A DNA stretch of 64,000 bases from Glaucostegus cemiculus (taxonomy: Eukaryota). Made by a program: the position numbers and the translations under genes. Positions 52,735-64,000 of the stretch are shown one piece after another. The DNA lies in assembly GCA_976551045.1 (NCBI GenBank), contig CDPCPM010000233.1:1798001-1862000 (forward strand), read 5' to 3'. Position 1 is the first letter of the stretch. Each line of letters starts with the position of its first letter. The notes below the pieces were generated by a model. It was not told where the DNA came from. It saw only the letters and a list, made by a program, of their open reading frames with translations, and made no database searches.

Positions 52735-55700
52735 ATGGAACAGAGAAATCCACGCGCAAGTAGTAGCAGGAACAGAAAGATATGGCAAATGAATGTATGG
52801 CTTAGTGACTGGTGCAGGGGGCAAGGCTTCAGATTCCTGGACCATTGGGACATTTTTTGGGGGAGGGAGGACCTATTCTGCAAGGATGGGTTACACCTAA
52901 ACTCAAGAGGGTCCAAAGTCCTGGCGGGAATATTTAACTTAGCTGTTGGGGAAGGTTTAAACTAATCAAGCAGGGGGATGGGACCCAGGATATTAGGGTA
53001 AAAGATGATAGAGAAAGGCAGGAGACTAAAAAAAACAGGTCCAAGATAGTGTGTGATAAGGATGGCAAGACTGACAGGCAAGTGATTAATCAGGGTAACA
53101 TGCTGAACGATAGTAGTACAGTAAATGAGGCTGCTAGGACACAGGATGTTAGACTAGAGGTGGAGGCAAATAGAAAGAAGTCCATGACAGTGAGCAGTCA
53201 GGATGGAAAGAAGGACGAGGAAATGAAAATTAAGGATAAGTTGCTGAAAAATGGAGGCACAACAAAATCAACAGTGGATAACGAACTAAAGGTATTATAT
53301 TTAAGTGCACGTAGCATTAGGAATAAGGTAGATGACCTAGTAGCACAGCTGCAGATTAACAAATACGACACTGTGGCAATCACTGAGTTGTGGCTTTATG
53401 ATGGATGTGACTGGGAGCTCAATGTCCAGGGGTACACAGTGTATAGGAAGGATAGGCGGGTAGGTAGAGGTGGTGGTGTGGCCATGATAGTTAGTAATGA
53501 GATAAAATCAATAGAAAGGAAGGACATTAGGTCAGATGAGGTGGAAACTTTATGGGTGGAGCTAAGAAATAGCAAGAGTAAGAGGACAATTGTAGCTGTT
53601 ATATATAGGCCCCCTAATAGCAATCAGGAGGTAGACCATAAGTTGCAGCTAGTGATAGAAAAGGCATGTCAGAGTGACAATGTTAAGATAATTATGGGTG
53701 ACTTTAACATGAAGGTGGACTGGGAAACCCAGCAAGGCAGCAGTTCTCAGGAGAGCGAGTTCGTTGACTGTTTACGGGATGGCTTTTTGGAGCAATTTGT
53801 TGATGAGCCCACCAGGGGATCGGCTGTTTTGGATTGGGTGTTGTGCAATGAACCGGAGGTGATTAGAGAACTAAGGGTAAAGGAACAATTAGGAACTAGT
53901 GACCATAATATGATTGAGTTCAGATTGAAATTTGAAAATGAGAAGCTGATGACTGGAGTGTCGGCATTTCAGTGGAACAAGGGGAATTACAGAAGGATGA
54001 GAGAAGAGTTGGCCCAGATTGATTGGAAATATAAGCTTGCTGGAGGGACGGCAGAACGAAAATGGGTGGAATTTCGGCAAGAAATAAGGAAAATGCAGGA
54101 TAGATACATTCCAAGAAAAAAGGTTTTAAATGGAAAAAGGACACAAATGTGGATAACGAGAGAGGTGAAAGCTAAAATAAGAGCAAAAAGGAGGGCATAC
54201 AAGGAAGCAAGAAGAAGCGGGAAAACAGACTGGGAAACTTTTAAGAACCTACAGAAAGAAACTAAGAAGGTCATTAGAAAAGAAAAGAGAAATTATGAAA
54301 TGAAATTGGCAGAGAACATTCAAAAGGATACTAAGAGTTTTTTTAAATATATAAGGAGTAAAAGAGAGACGCGGGTTGATATAGGACCAATAGATAATGG
54401 TTCGGGAGAGATTATTATGGATGATAAAGAGATGGCGGAGGTGCTAAATCAGTATTTTGCGTCAGTCTTCACGGTGGAAGACATTAACAATATATCGGTT
54501 AATCAAGGGTCTCGAGGGACGGAACTGAGTTTAGTTAAGATTACTAGAGAGAAAGTATTGGGGAAGTTAAATGGGTTAAAGACTGATAAGTCTCTGGGAC
54601 CGGATGAGATACACCCCTGGGTACTGAAGGAAGTAGCTTTAGAAATAGTGGAGGCATTAGTGATAATTTTTCAGGAATCGATAGACACTGGCGTGGTTCC
54701 GGAGGACTGGAGGGTCGCGAATGTAGTTCCGTTGTATAAGAAAGGTGGGAGACAGCATAAAGGAAATTACAGACCTATCAGTCTTACGTCTGTAGTGGGG
54801 AAGATACTAGAATCGATCCTCAAGGATGAGGTGATGGAATACTGGAGGTGCAAGGAAAGATAGGTCCTAGTCAACATGGGTTCGTGAAGGGAAGATCCTG
54901 CCTGACCAACTTATTGGAGTTTTTTGAAGAAATCTCAGGCAGGGTGGACAAGGGAGAGGCCGTAGATGTAGTGTATTTAGACTTTCAGAAGGCATTTGAC
55001 AAGGTGCTGCACAAAAGACTAATTAGTAAAATGAGAGATCACAGAATAACAGGCAGGATAACAGAATGGGTGGAACGTTGGCTGGATGGCAGGAAGCAGA
55101 GGGTGGGAATAAAAGGTTCCTGTTCTGGTTGGCTGCCGGTTACTAGTGGTGTTCCGCAGGGGTCGGTGTTGGGGCCCCTTCTTTTTACCTTGTAAATGAT
55201 TTAGACGGAGGAGTAAATGGGTTTGTGGCTAAGTTTGTGGATGACACTAAGATTGGGGGAGGAGTGGAGAGTAGTGAAGAGACAGGAAAGTTACAGAGAG
55301 ACTTGGATAGTCTAGGAGAATGGGCGAGGAAATGGCAGATGAGGTTCAACGTGGAAAAATGTGCAGTTGTACATTTCGGAAGTAGAAATAAACGGGCAGA
55401 CTATTATCTAGAAGGAGATAAAATTGGAAGTACAAAGGGACTTAGGGGTGCTTGTACAGGATAACCTAAAGGTTAACCACCAGGTTGGATCAGTGGTAAG
55501 GAAAGCGAATGCTATGTTGGCATTTATTTCGAGGGGTATAGTATATAAAAGCAAGGAAGTGTTGATGAGGCTATACGGGGCACTGGTGAGACCTCATTTA
55601 GAGTACTGTGTACAGTTTTGGGCCCCATATCTCAGGAAGGATGTGCTGATGTTGGAGAGGGTTCAGAGGAGATTTACTAGGATGATTCCTGGGATGAAAA

Positions 55701-56186
55701 GGCTGACATATGATGAGCGACTGTCGGCACTTGGACTGTGCTCGTAGGAGTACAGGAGAATGAGAGGGGACCTAATAGAAACGTACAAGATGTTGAAAGG
55801 AATGGACAAAGTGAATGTGGTCAAGCTGTTTCCCGTGGTGGGGGAGTCCAGGACTTGAGAGCACAACCTTAGAATTAGAGGAAGCAGGTTCAAAACAGAG
55901 ATAAGGAGGAATTTCTTTAGCCAGAGGGTGGTGAACCTGTGGAACTCCTTACCACAGATAGCAGTGGGGGCCAGATCATTGGGGATATTCAAGAAGGAAA
56001 TAGATAGATATCTAATTGGTCGAGGTATCAAGGGATATGGAGATAAGGCAGGAATTTGGAGTTAGAACAGTTTTTTTTTCTCATTCTTTTTCATCCTCTT
56101 TTTCCCTCTTTTTTTCCCCACCCTCCCTTCCCTTTGGAGCAGACTTGATGGGCCGAGTGGCCTGCTTCTGCTCTATTATCTTGTGA
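52735..56186 (+). mobile_element. 5'-truncated CR1-like LINE: ORF1 esterase tail plus disrupted ORF2 (APE endonuclease + RT)
   Basis: ORF1 end LDHW...DGLHLN..G (SGNH-like). ORF2 motifs [48 protein letters not shown] and FVDD. Frameshifts or stops near 54850, 55195, 55425 and 55745. Confidence 0.96.
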
Positions 56187-56399
56187 CCAAGCCAGTAGAA
56201 GTGTATTTTTCAGCTCATAGGTTTGAGGAATGCTTAAGGCATGTGGGAGGTTCAACAATGAAGGAAGGGAGGAAGAGTCTCGCTGAGAAATATCTTGTCA
56301 GTTGAAGCCTTGAATATTAAAAAATAATAAAGTGACTTGGATTTTCTGAGGGAATATCAGCAGCTTTACCCCACATTTCCCATGTTGTAAGTTGTAAGC

Positions 56400-56635
56400 C
56401 TATATACGGTGAGATGGACTCTGACCTCGCGATCTACTTTGTTGTGACCTTGCACCTTATTGCACTGCACTTTCTCTGTAGCTGTGACACTGTACTGTTA
56501 TTGTTTTTACCTGTACTACATCAATGCACTCTGTACTAACTCAGTGTAACTGCACTGTGTAATGAACTGACCTGTAGATGAGTTTTTCACTGTACCTCGG
56601 TACAAGTGACAATCATAAACCAATACCAATACCGA
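56400..56635 (+). mobile_element. Rex1/Babar-family 3' UTR fragment (related copy at about 5595-5812)
   Basis: Reverse complement of the 63113-63380 3' UTR; ends AAACCAATACCAATACC. Confidence 0.75.
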
Positions 56636-58879
56636 TATTTTCCCCTTGCAAACACTGCATCCCCAAGGTTACTGTCGGCTAATCTTAGTGTTTTTCAAGA
56701 AAGCATTCCAGCAGCAGATTATAAAGTCGTGGCAGCTTCCCGGCACTTGCACTGGGAAATCCTCTAGTAGAGCATGCGGTAGTTCAGACTGGTGAAGAAC
56801 AGCATCTGCATTCACCAGCCAAATGAGTGAGGGGCAAAGGGAAGTTTTAACTAATTTCCATTGGTTTTATTAAATGTTTGTAATTGCTTTCAAGTTGATT
56901 TAGTTTCTTTTTGTTTTTGAAATATTGTATAGATGGGATAACTTTTAATTATTTACAAATTTCTGAACGTCAGGAATATGCATCTGGCTTGTCAGTGCCC
57001 AACTTTCTCCCATCACTTTTGCCACCTCCTTTATAACTATGTACTGTACATGGGACTTCAGATTCTAGAGTTTCTCTTGATACCTTGTAGCTCAATAATA
57101 AAAAGAGATGTGTATGGTCCTGCAGGGGAAAGGTGTCTCTTCCTTGCTGCTCTGATATTAAACAACACAGTCATTTGTAATTGGAAGTTAACTATAAGTT
57201 TCTATTTTAGACTAGGTACAACTCCTCAAAAAATTGACGTTCGTGGGGGTTGGGAGTGAAGCTCCTGCAAGTGGCTGCACTACAAATGCCTCAAAAAAAT
57301 TGCAAACAATTACTTCTAGGCTTACAACTTCCTTTATTTTCAGTGTCATTTGGTAGCAATGCTCAACTGGGCAATTATCAGATGCTCGTATTCCAAGTCT
57401 ATTAAACAATTTAACATGTAAACAATACAAATATTTCATAAATCAGAAGAACAAAAAGGCAGAGCTTTATTATTATGACCTGAACTCCGATATTAAACAC
57501 AGCTTTCTTTCCTATTATCTTTCTTCATGATCTATTTTATGGTCATGGTTGCTTGTGTATTTGCAAGCACCAACATTACTATTTTCTTAAATGCATAGTC
57601 GGAGGATTTTAAGAGACTTCTAAGAGATCCCTGTGCAGGAAAAGTCAAAGTCGATTTATTGTCAAGTGCACTAGTACACGTACGATCAGGTGAAATAAAA
57701 AAACTTCCAGTAGCATCACAAGCACATAGCATCAGATATGCAACATTCACAAGAAAAACATAAATTAAATATACGTTATACACAACTTTTACAAGAAAGA
57801 ACACAATTTGAACAAAAATACAAAGAACATGCTGGGATAAAAAGAGAAGGCATTCTAAGGCTGTTCTAGACCCAAGGAAACTCTAGGCCCCTACCTGGAA
57901 TTCCCTGGAATGGTAACATGGTGTTCAACCATTCAGGCAGAAGTTATTGCTGGAAACTCACACCCCACCTTTTTCATGATTATCAAGCTTCATTGTGCCA
58001 CTGGACCACTGTCTCACCTGTGCTCAGGTGTCTCGGCACTGACAACAGATACCAGTGGGAACCTGCCACTCTGCAGGGTTTGGTAGCTCAGCCCCAGTAT
58101 GTTTGATGTTACTCAGCCTTGAAGTTTCTGTTCAAATCCATTGGCTTTTCCCTTGAGCTTGCCCTGAAATCAGTATAACCAATACAAAGGATTTACAGTT
58201 TTTGAACAGCAAATTGCATTCAGCGTGTTGAATTTCCATTGGAGGATAATGTGACAGTTGCAAATCTGCTTACTGATATCCCCTTGATTGCCTCCTACCA
58301 GGGGAGCACATTGCTATTACCCCACTGAGTGTCTGTGACCCCTTAGCTATACTGTTCTTCACCTGTCGGAAAAGGACTGAGATTCTGGAAGCTCATCGCA
58401 ACCATCTCCTATTATTGCAGCAGCCAGTCTTGAAGAAACAACACTCTTCAATAGAGGGAAGAGGCTCCTTGTATTGTGCATCTTCTCCTTGTATTGTGCA
58501 TTTGCCCCTTTAACTTCTATATCCTGAGCTCACAGCTGTAGGGCTAAGTGCTGGTGGCTGTGTGATCTTGCAATAGATCAATAAAACAGTGTGCATTGAA
58601 ACCGGCACAGTCTTTCATTATAGCTGGAGATCCTTCAACACTCTTTTGTGAACTTCACATTGGGATGGCGATCCTTATGTCCAGTTTTAAAACAGTGACA
58701 TGCTGCCATATTGCAAATGAAAGGTAGGAAAAGAATTTCTAAGCTTGCTTTAAATATTTCCAGCGTCATTTTGAAAGACTCCTCAAAGGCACAATTAGCA
58801 AGTTGTTGCCAATGCTGGATCAATTCCCTCTGAGGATGTAATTAGCTCTGAGGCCAAAATCTCCTAAGGCAATATTTTG

Positions 58880-59660
58880 AAACCAGTATTGATGGCGAGG
58901 AAGGTAGTCCTCGGCTACAGAGTAATGCTGTTGAATTGGTAGGGTGGGTGGAGCAATGGCAAGTGGAATTTAATCCTGGCAAATGTTGGGGTGGGGGTGG
59001 GGGATGCACTTTGGAAGAACAAAAGCAAAGGAGATACAGAAAAAGTGGTAGGGCCCAAGGGAATACTGAGGAAAAGAGCGGGCTTTGTAGATATGTTCGA
59101 GGGTTGCTGAAGGCAGCAGCCCAGGTAGCTGAGGTGGGAAAGATACTTGCCTTCATTCACCAGGACTAACACAAGAGTAAGGAGGTTACAAAACGTCTGT
59201 ATAAAACATTTGTTAGGCAACAGCTGGAGTACTGATGCAGTTCTGGTCACCACTATATCAGAAGGAAATGATTGCACTGGAGAGGGTGCAGACATATTCA
59301 CCAGGATGTTGTCTGGGATGGAATATTTCAGCTATGAAGGGAAACTTTCTGGGCTGGGTTTGCTTTCCTTGGAGCAGAGAAGGCTGAGGAGAAGTATACA
59401 ATATTATGAGGGGCATAGATAGGCCAGTTAGCAAGAAACCTTTCTCCTTAGCAGAGGTGTCTATAACTAGAGGGCACAGGTTTAAGGTAAGGACTGGGAG
59501 TTTAGAGGGATCTTGAGGAAGGATTTTTTTCACCCAGAGCATGGATGGAATCTGGACTGTACAGCCTGAGACAAGTAATTTCACATTTCATAGGTTTTTA
59601 GATGAACACTTGAAAAGCCACAGCGTAAAAACCTGTTTCTGTGTCGTATGGCTCAGTGAT
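58880..59660 (+). mobile_element. CR1-like LINE 3' fragment
   Basis: WVEQWQVEFNPGKC ... FTRMLSGME..SYE..L..LGLLSLEQRRLR. Confidence 0.85.
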
Positions 59661-60622
59661 GCCATGTCTCTCTATGAAAAGGACCATGGAAATAAAAACA
59701 GAAACTGCTGGAGGTACTCAGAAAGTCAGGTAGCATCCGTGAAGCGGGAAATAGTCTTTCATCTTTCATCAGATGTGGAAAATGTCAGAAACAAACAAGT
59801 TTTAAATTACAGAGAACCTGGGGAAGTGGGGGGGGGGGGAGGAGGGTGGTGTTAGAACAAAAGGAAGGAGAGCAGGAGAGATTAAATGATGGAAATGATG
59901 AAGGTGCAAGGCAGAACGGAATGAAGATAAGTAGGAAATAAAGAAGGAAAATTAAGGAAAGGAGCGAGGCAAGGAGAGGTCTTGAATTAAGATACACCTT
60001 TACAACCTCAGGATTTCTCAAAGCATTCACAGCCAATGAAGTATGTATAAAGGGCAGCCCCTGTTGGCATGGAGATACAGCAGTTGCTCGCAGTGCGGTG
60101 TGAATAATGTTAATTACTGGACCCTCCACTGAATGACTCTCAGTTGCCCCCAATAGATTATCAGCCCAGTGAATTGACAGAGCTTTGGAAACAAAATAGA
60201 ATCAGGGGAGATGTTTGAACCTTTGTGTTTGAACCAATGCAATGAGGGTGAGTTAAAGATAAGCATCTTGTAGCAACATTTAGCCACTGTTTGGGAGATG
60301 ATGCATGCTGATTTGATTCTATTATGGAGGCAAAGACACACGTATACACATACACACACACACACACACACGCACACTCAGAGTGGAATAAGGATACTTG
60401 AAATATGCAAAGTAAGTAAATTGTGATGTCAAACCTCATACATCCCGATTTCGTGAAGGACAACACAAGATGTTTCTGAAGAGCATATTCTGTGAGATCC
60501 ATCACATCCTCCAGCCTCTGTTCCAGTCTCAGTGAAGGGCAAGCACTGGTTCTCCAGTGCTTGTTGTACTTTTACACATTAAGCACCTTCCAGGATGGAG
60601 CTGCAAGTGTTTCCAATTTAAC

Positions 60623-60765
60623 TAGAAGAAAGATCCCGAAGAAGGGTCCTGACCTGAAACATTGACCGCCTGCTTTTCTCCACGGATGCTGCCTGGCCTG
60701 CTGAGTTCCTCCAGTATCCAGTAGTGTTTTTCATCTAGTTTCCAGCATCTGCAGTCCTGTGTTTC
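60623..60765 (+). mobile_element. Penelope-derived short element with an 11-bp flanking direct repeat
   Basis: TCCAATTTAAC occurs at 60612-60622 and 60766-60776. The element contains a hammerhead-like motif and the GATGCTGCCTG..CTGCTGAGTTCCTCCAG arm. Confidence 0.75.
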
Positions 60766-62129
60766 TCCAATTTAACCAAGTTTGTTTCCCACCATTAGAT
60801 GAGGGAAGACGTGAATATTCTTTATTCCAAAAGGGCTAATTCTCCCCTGCCTAGAGCAGGCAAGAGGAGCAAGCAGAGAATTACATCCTTCCATGTGGCC
60901 CTGAGTGCCATTTACTCCTTGCACATTACCTTATGGACACTACATATTAACTCTGAGACCTGGTCCAAGTAGAAGGGAATCACTCCCTCGGTGACCAGCC
61001 GGGCACGATGCAGGTCAGTGCATGGCTGCAGATGTGATGCCTTCATTCTGTGGCAGTCTACTGTGCCACATGTACTGGAGCCTTGGCAACAAGCAAAGCA
61101 CTGAGCAATAACAGCCATCTATTAACAACATAGCTCCTGACGGCAATGAGCAATCCACCAACAGAAGGGCCATACTGTATGTGTCTGTCTGTACTGTAAC
61201 ATACACAGATTACGTAATATAGGGAGTGTACCACTCCAAGAATTGTGGCAGAATGTTGCAGTATCTGTAAGAATGGGTCGTAAGGTTCTTGGCGATCTAC
61301 TAAATTCTGCACCACCTCACAATGCGGTGGGCTCACTGCCAGTCGTAAGGTGTGAAAATGTGGAGCAGGATGAGGGGGAGAACAGGAAGAGAATAAAAAG
61401 AAGACGACAGGAGAGGGCAGTCTGGACAGCCCAGATTTATTGGTCTCTGATCAGCTCATCAGATCATACTGGCATTTGGTGCTGGACAGTAGTGAGGAAG
61501 TTGCTCGTGGAGTTTATTTCAACTTTAAGGCTTTTACAATAACCATTTGCTTCCAGGTGTAAGGACATTAGTAGTCAGTCAGCTAAGGATGCAGCCTGAT
61601 GGGAGAAAGAGCAGAGGGTATGCAGAGTAGGATAGGTTGTTCAAAGAGGGAGGAGGAGGAGGAGGGAAGCACAACTTTCCTTGGGTTCTTGAGGGGAAAG
61701 GGAGGGAGGTATTCTTTTACCTGAAGCTTGGTGGTGAACAACACAAGATGCATCTATGATTCCACAGAGCATATTCTGTGAGATACATCGAGTCCTCCAG
61801 CCACAACTCTAGCTTCAGTGGGGAGCAATAACCCCAGACGCAATTCTTCATTCACCCACAACAAACAACCTGCTGGAGGTTCTCAGCGGGTCGAGCAGCA
61901 TCTGTGGGAGGAAAGGAAGTGTCGATATTTCGGGTGGACCCTCAGCACCTCTGGGCCTGGCTTGCCTCAGATTGCTCCATAGCAGCTTCAGAGCAGCAAT
62001 GTGAACTTGTCAACACTAAGGGCACAAGCAGCAGTAGCAGGATCTTGAACTGTGCCATCCTGTTAAGGGGCAGGGGATTTGTTCTCCAGAGAGCCACTAT
62101 CAGGTCCCCAAGGCATTGACACAGAGACA

Positions 62130-62457
62130 TTTTCCCAGGGTGAAAATGACTAACATGATGGGACATAATTTTAAGGTGATTGGAGGAAGGTATAGGGGGG
62201 ATGTCAGAGGTAAGTTTTTTACACAGAGTGGTGGATGCGTGGAACACACTGCCAGCAGAGGCTGTGGGGCCAAATACATTAGGGACATTTAAGAGGCTCT
62301 TAGACACATGAATGATAGAGAAATGGGAGAGAAGGGTTAACATTTGGGAGGGGAGGATTGGATAGATATTAGAGCAGGATAAAATGTTGGCACAACATTG
62401 TGGGCTGAAGGGCCTGTACTGTGCTGTAGTGTTCAATGTTCTGTGTTCTGTGTTCTA
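62130..62457 (+). mobile_element. CR1-like LINE 3' end
   Basis: GHNFKVIGGRYRGDVRGKFF..RVVDAWNTLP, with a TGTTC(T/A) tail. Confidence 0.85.
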
Positions 62458-63112
62458 TCCTTTCAGTAATCTGTTGGATCGCAAATTACTGGTTACAAGA
62501 GCATCTGTGCTTTCCCCAGTTGCTCTGAATAATGACATCCAGACCTAATGATGACTGGAATCTGAGCTGTCACTGCAGCTTCTAGATATTGATGAGGCCC
62601 CGGCCATCAGAGGCTGCATGGTGGTCTCATCCACAAGCTTGCTAATGGAATTCCCACCAATTTCACTTTGGAAATGATAGGTTACAAGCTCTGTGTGAAA
62701 CCTTGTACAAGGGATCACTGGATTCCTTCATCCCTCTGGATGCTGCACAATGATTTTCTGGCAAGTCTGCCAGTTCACCAAGCATTTCATTCCACATACC
62801 CTCCAGCCATCTCCTGTAAACTGTCACAACAATGTCTTCATCTGAAGTCCTCAGCAGTACTGCCCTCTGGGGAGCTGGCCCTTATGGTACCTGTTCCCCT
62901 TACCATTCTTAACAGGTGATTTATTGTAAGCAATTCTAATTTAAGTTGGTATTATGATATGTGAAAATCCAACTTGAAGCAAGGTGACTTTTTTTATTTA
63001 GTTCCTGTAAATATCATGGTATTCTATATCTACACAGTTATGAACAGAGCATTCAAGCAGGTGCATGTGGGTGATCAGTTTGGCTGTGGCAACCCTGTTC
63101 TCTTGCTCCTTT

Positions 63113-63510
63113 GGTATTGGTATTGGTGTTGGTTTATTATTGTCACGTACCGAGGTACAGTGAAAAACTTGTCTTGCATACTGATCGTACAGGTCAATTC
63201 ATTACACAGTGCAGTTACATTGAGTTATACAGAGTGCATTGAGGTAGTACAGGTAACAACAATAACAGTACAGAGTAAAGTGTCACAGCTACAGAGAAAA
63301 TGCAGTGCAATAAGGTGCAAGGTCACAGTAAGGTAGATCATGAAGTCATAGTCCATCTCATTTTAAGGGAACCGTTCAATAGTCTTATCACAGTGGGGTA
63401 GAAGCTGTCCTTAAGTCTGGTGGTACGTGCCCTCAGGCTCCTGTATCTTCTACCCGATGGAAGAGGAGAGAAGAGAGTATGTCTCCGGTGGGTGGGGTCT
63501 TTGATTATGA
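63113..63510 (-). mobile_element. Rex1/Babar-clade LINE 3' fragment
   Basis: IIKDPTH..HTLFSPLPSGRRYRSLRARTTRLKDSFYPTVIRLLN, with an (ACCAAT)n tail. Confidence 0.85.
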
Positions 63511-64000
63511 GGTCTTTCTCCTCTTGTACAGTCTTCCACACTCCCACAAGCCCAAAGTGGGTGATTGGTGTGTTTCCCTCAAGTGGGGCTTTCTTCTTCT
63601 CCATACAGTTAAGGAGGCTGCTTTGCTACGCTCACCGGTGTCATCTGCAATCTCAAAAGCCTGGAGCCACATTATATTCCATCTGCCATGTCCTTGCCTA
63701 TTCACTTACTCTGCCTATATCCCCCCTGAAGCTTCTGTGCCACCTCCTCACAACTCACGCTGCCATCCAGCTTTATATAATCGACAGACTTGGCCAACTT
63801 ATCCAGATCACTGATACAGATTGTGAACAGCTCAGCCCACAGCATCAGTCCCCGCAGGTTGCCACAACTCACAGCTTCCCAACTTGAAAATGAGCCATTT
63901 ATTGTTTTCTATTTGTTAAACAATCCTCAGTTCATGCCAGTGTATTATCCCCAACACAGTAAACTCCAATTTTTATCTAATGATCTCTTGTATGGCACGT

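Larger units (their letters stand above)
58635..61827 (-). other. Candidate multi-exon segment of a divergent alpha-catenin/vinculin-like gene or pseudogene
   Basis: GT-AG bounded blocks 61335-61214, 61025-60930, 60568-60442, 60182-59998 and 58829 onward can be joined in frame. The translations resemble alpha-catenin M-domain segments in order. Some acceptors are weak. Confidence 0.5.

Noticed and set aside
53049-54863. 604-aa host protein-coding gene
   Set aside because: It has the APE and RT motifs of a CR1-like ORF2 and continues through frameshifts.
60540-60563. 10-bp hairpin CAAGCACTGG-TTCT-CCAGTGCTTG as a terminator
   Set aside because: Intrinsic terminators do not apply in this vertebrate context, and the hairpin is too short to support a claim.
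60930-61025. IL-10-family cytokine exon (VIPFYLDQV resembles MIQFYLEEV)
   Set aside because: Only one short motif matches. Neighbouring blocks fit the alpha-catenin order better, and no signal peptide or IL-10 cysteine pattern is seen.
62668-62919. Plus-strand ORF containing PCTRD, similar to catenin SCTRD
   Set aside because: It is on the wrong strand relative to the other blocks and shows no extended similarity, so it is probably coincidence.

Overview
This is eukaryotic, repeat-rich vertebrate genomic DNA. The repeat repertoire (CR1-like LINEs, V-domain tRNA-SINEs, Deu-domain SINEs, Penelope-like elements, Rex1/Babar, RTE) points to a cartilaginous fish (shark/ray); that assignment is an inference. 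One intact gene is clear: BCAS2/SPF27 on the + strand, with 7 coding exons from 6062 to 30219, 225 aa, a CpG-rich promoter and poly(A) signals near 30.6-30.8 kb. A 5'-truncated, frameshifted CR1-like LINE (esterase ORF1 tail plus APE-RT ORF2) lies at about 52.7-56.2 kb. The best lead is a set of minus-strand exon-like blocks at about 61.8-58.6 kb, 35.4-35.1 kb and 32.6-32.2 kb. They have GT-AG boundaries, and their translations resemble, in the correct order, the alpha-catenin middle domain and the vinculin tail. This suggests a highly divergent or decaying vinculin/alpha-catenin-family gene lying tail-to-tail with BCAS2. Other observations are many minimal hammerhead-ribozyme-like motifs in Penelope-derived arms, a perfect 25-bp hairpin inside a SINE, a local duplication upstream of BCAS2, and minisatellites. 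All protein and repeat similarities were judged by eye from recalled sequences; no searches were run, and repeat boundaries are approximate.
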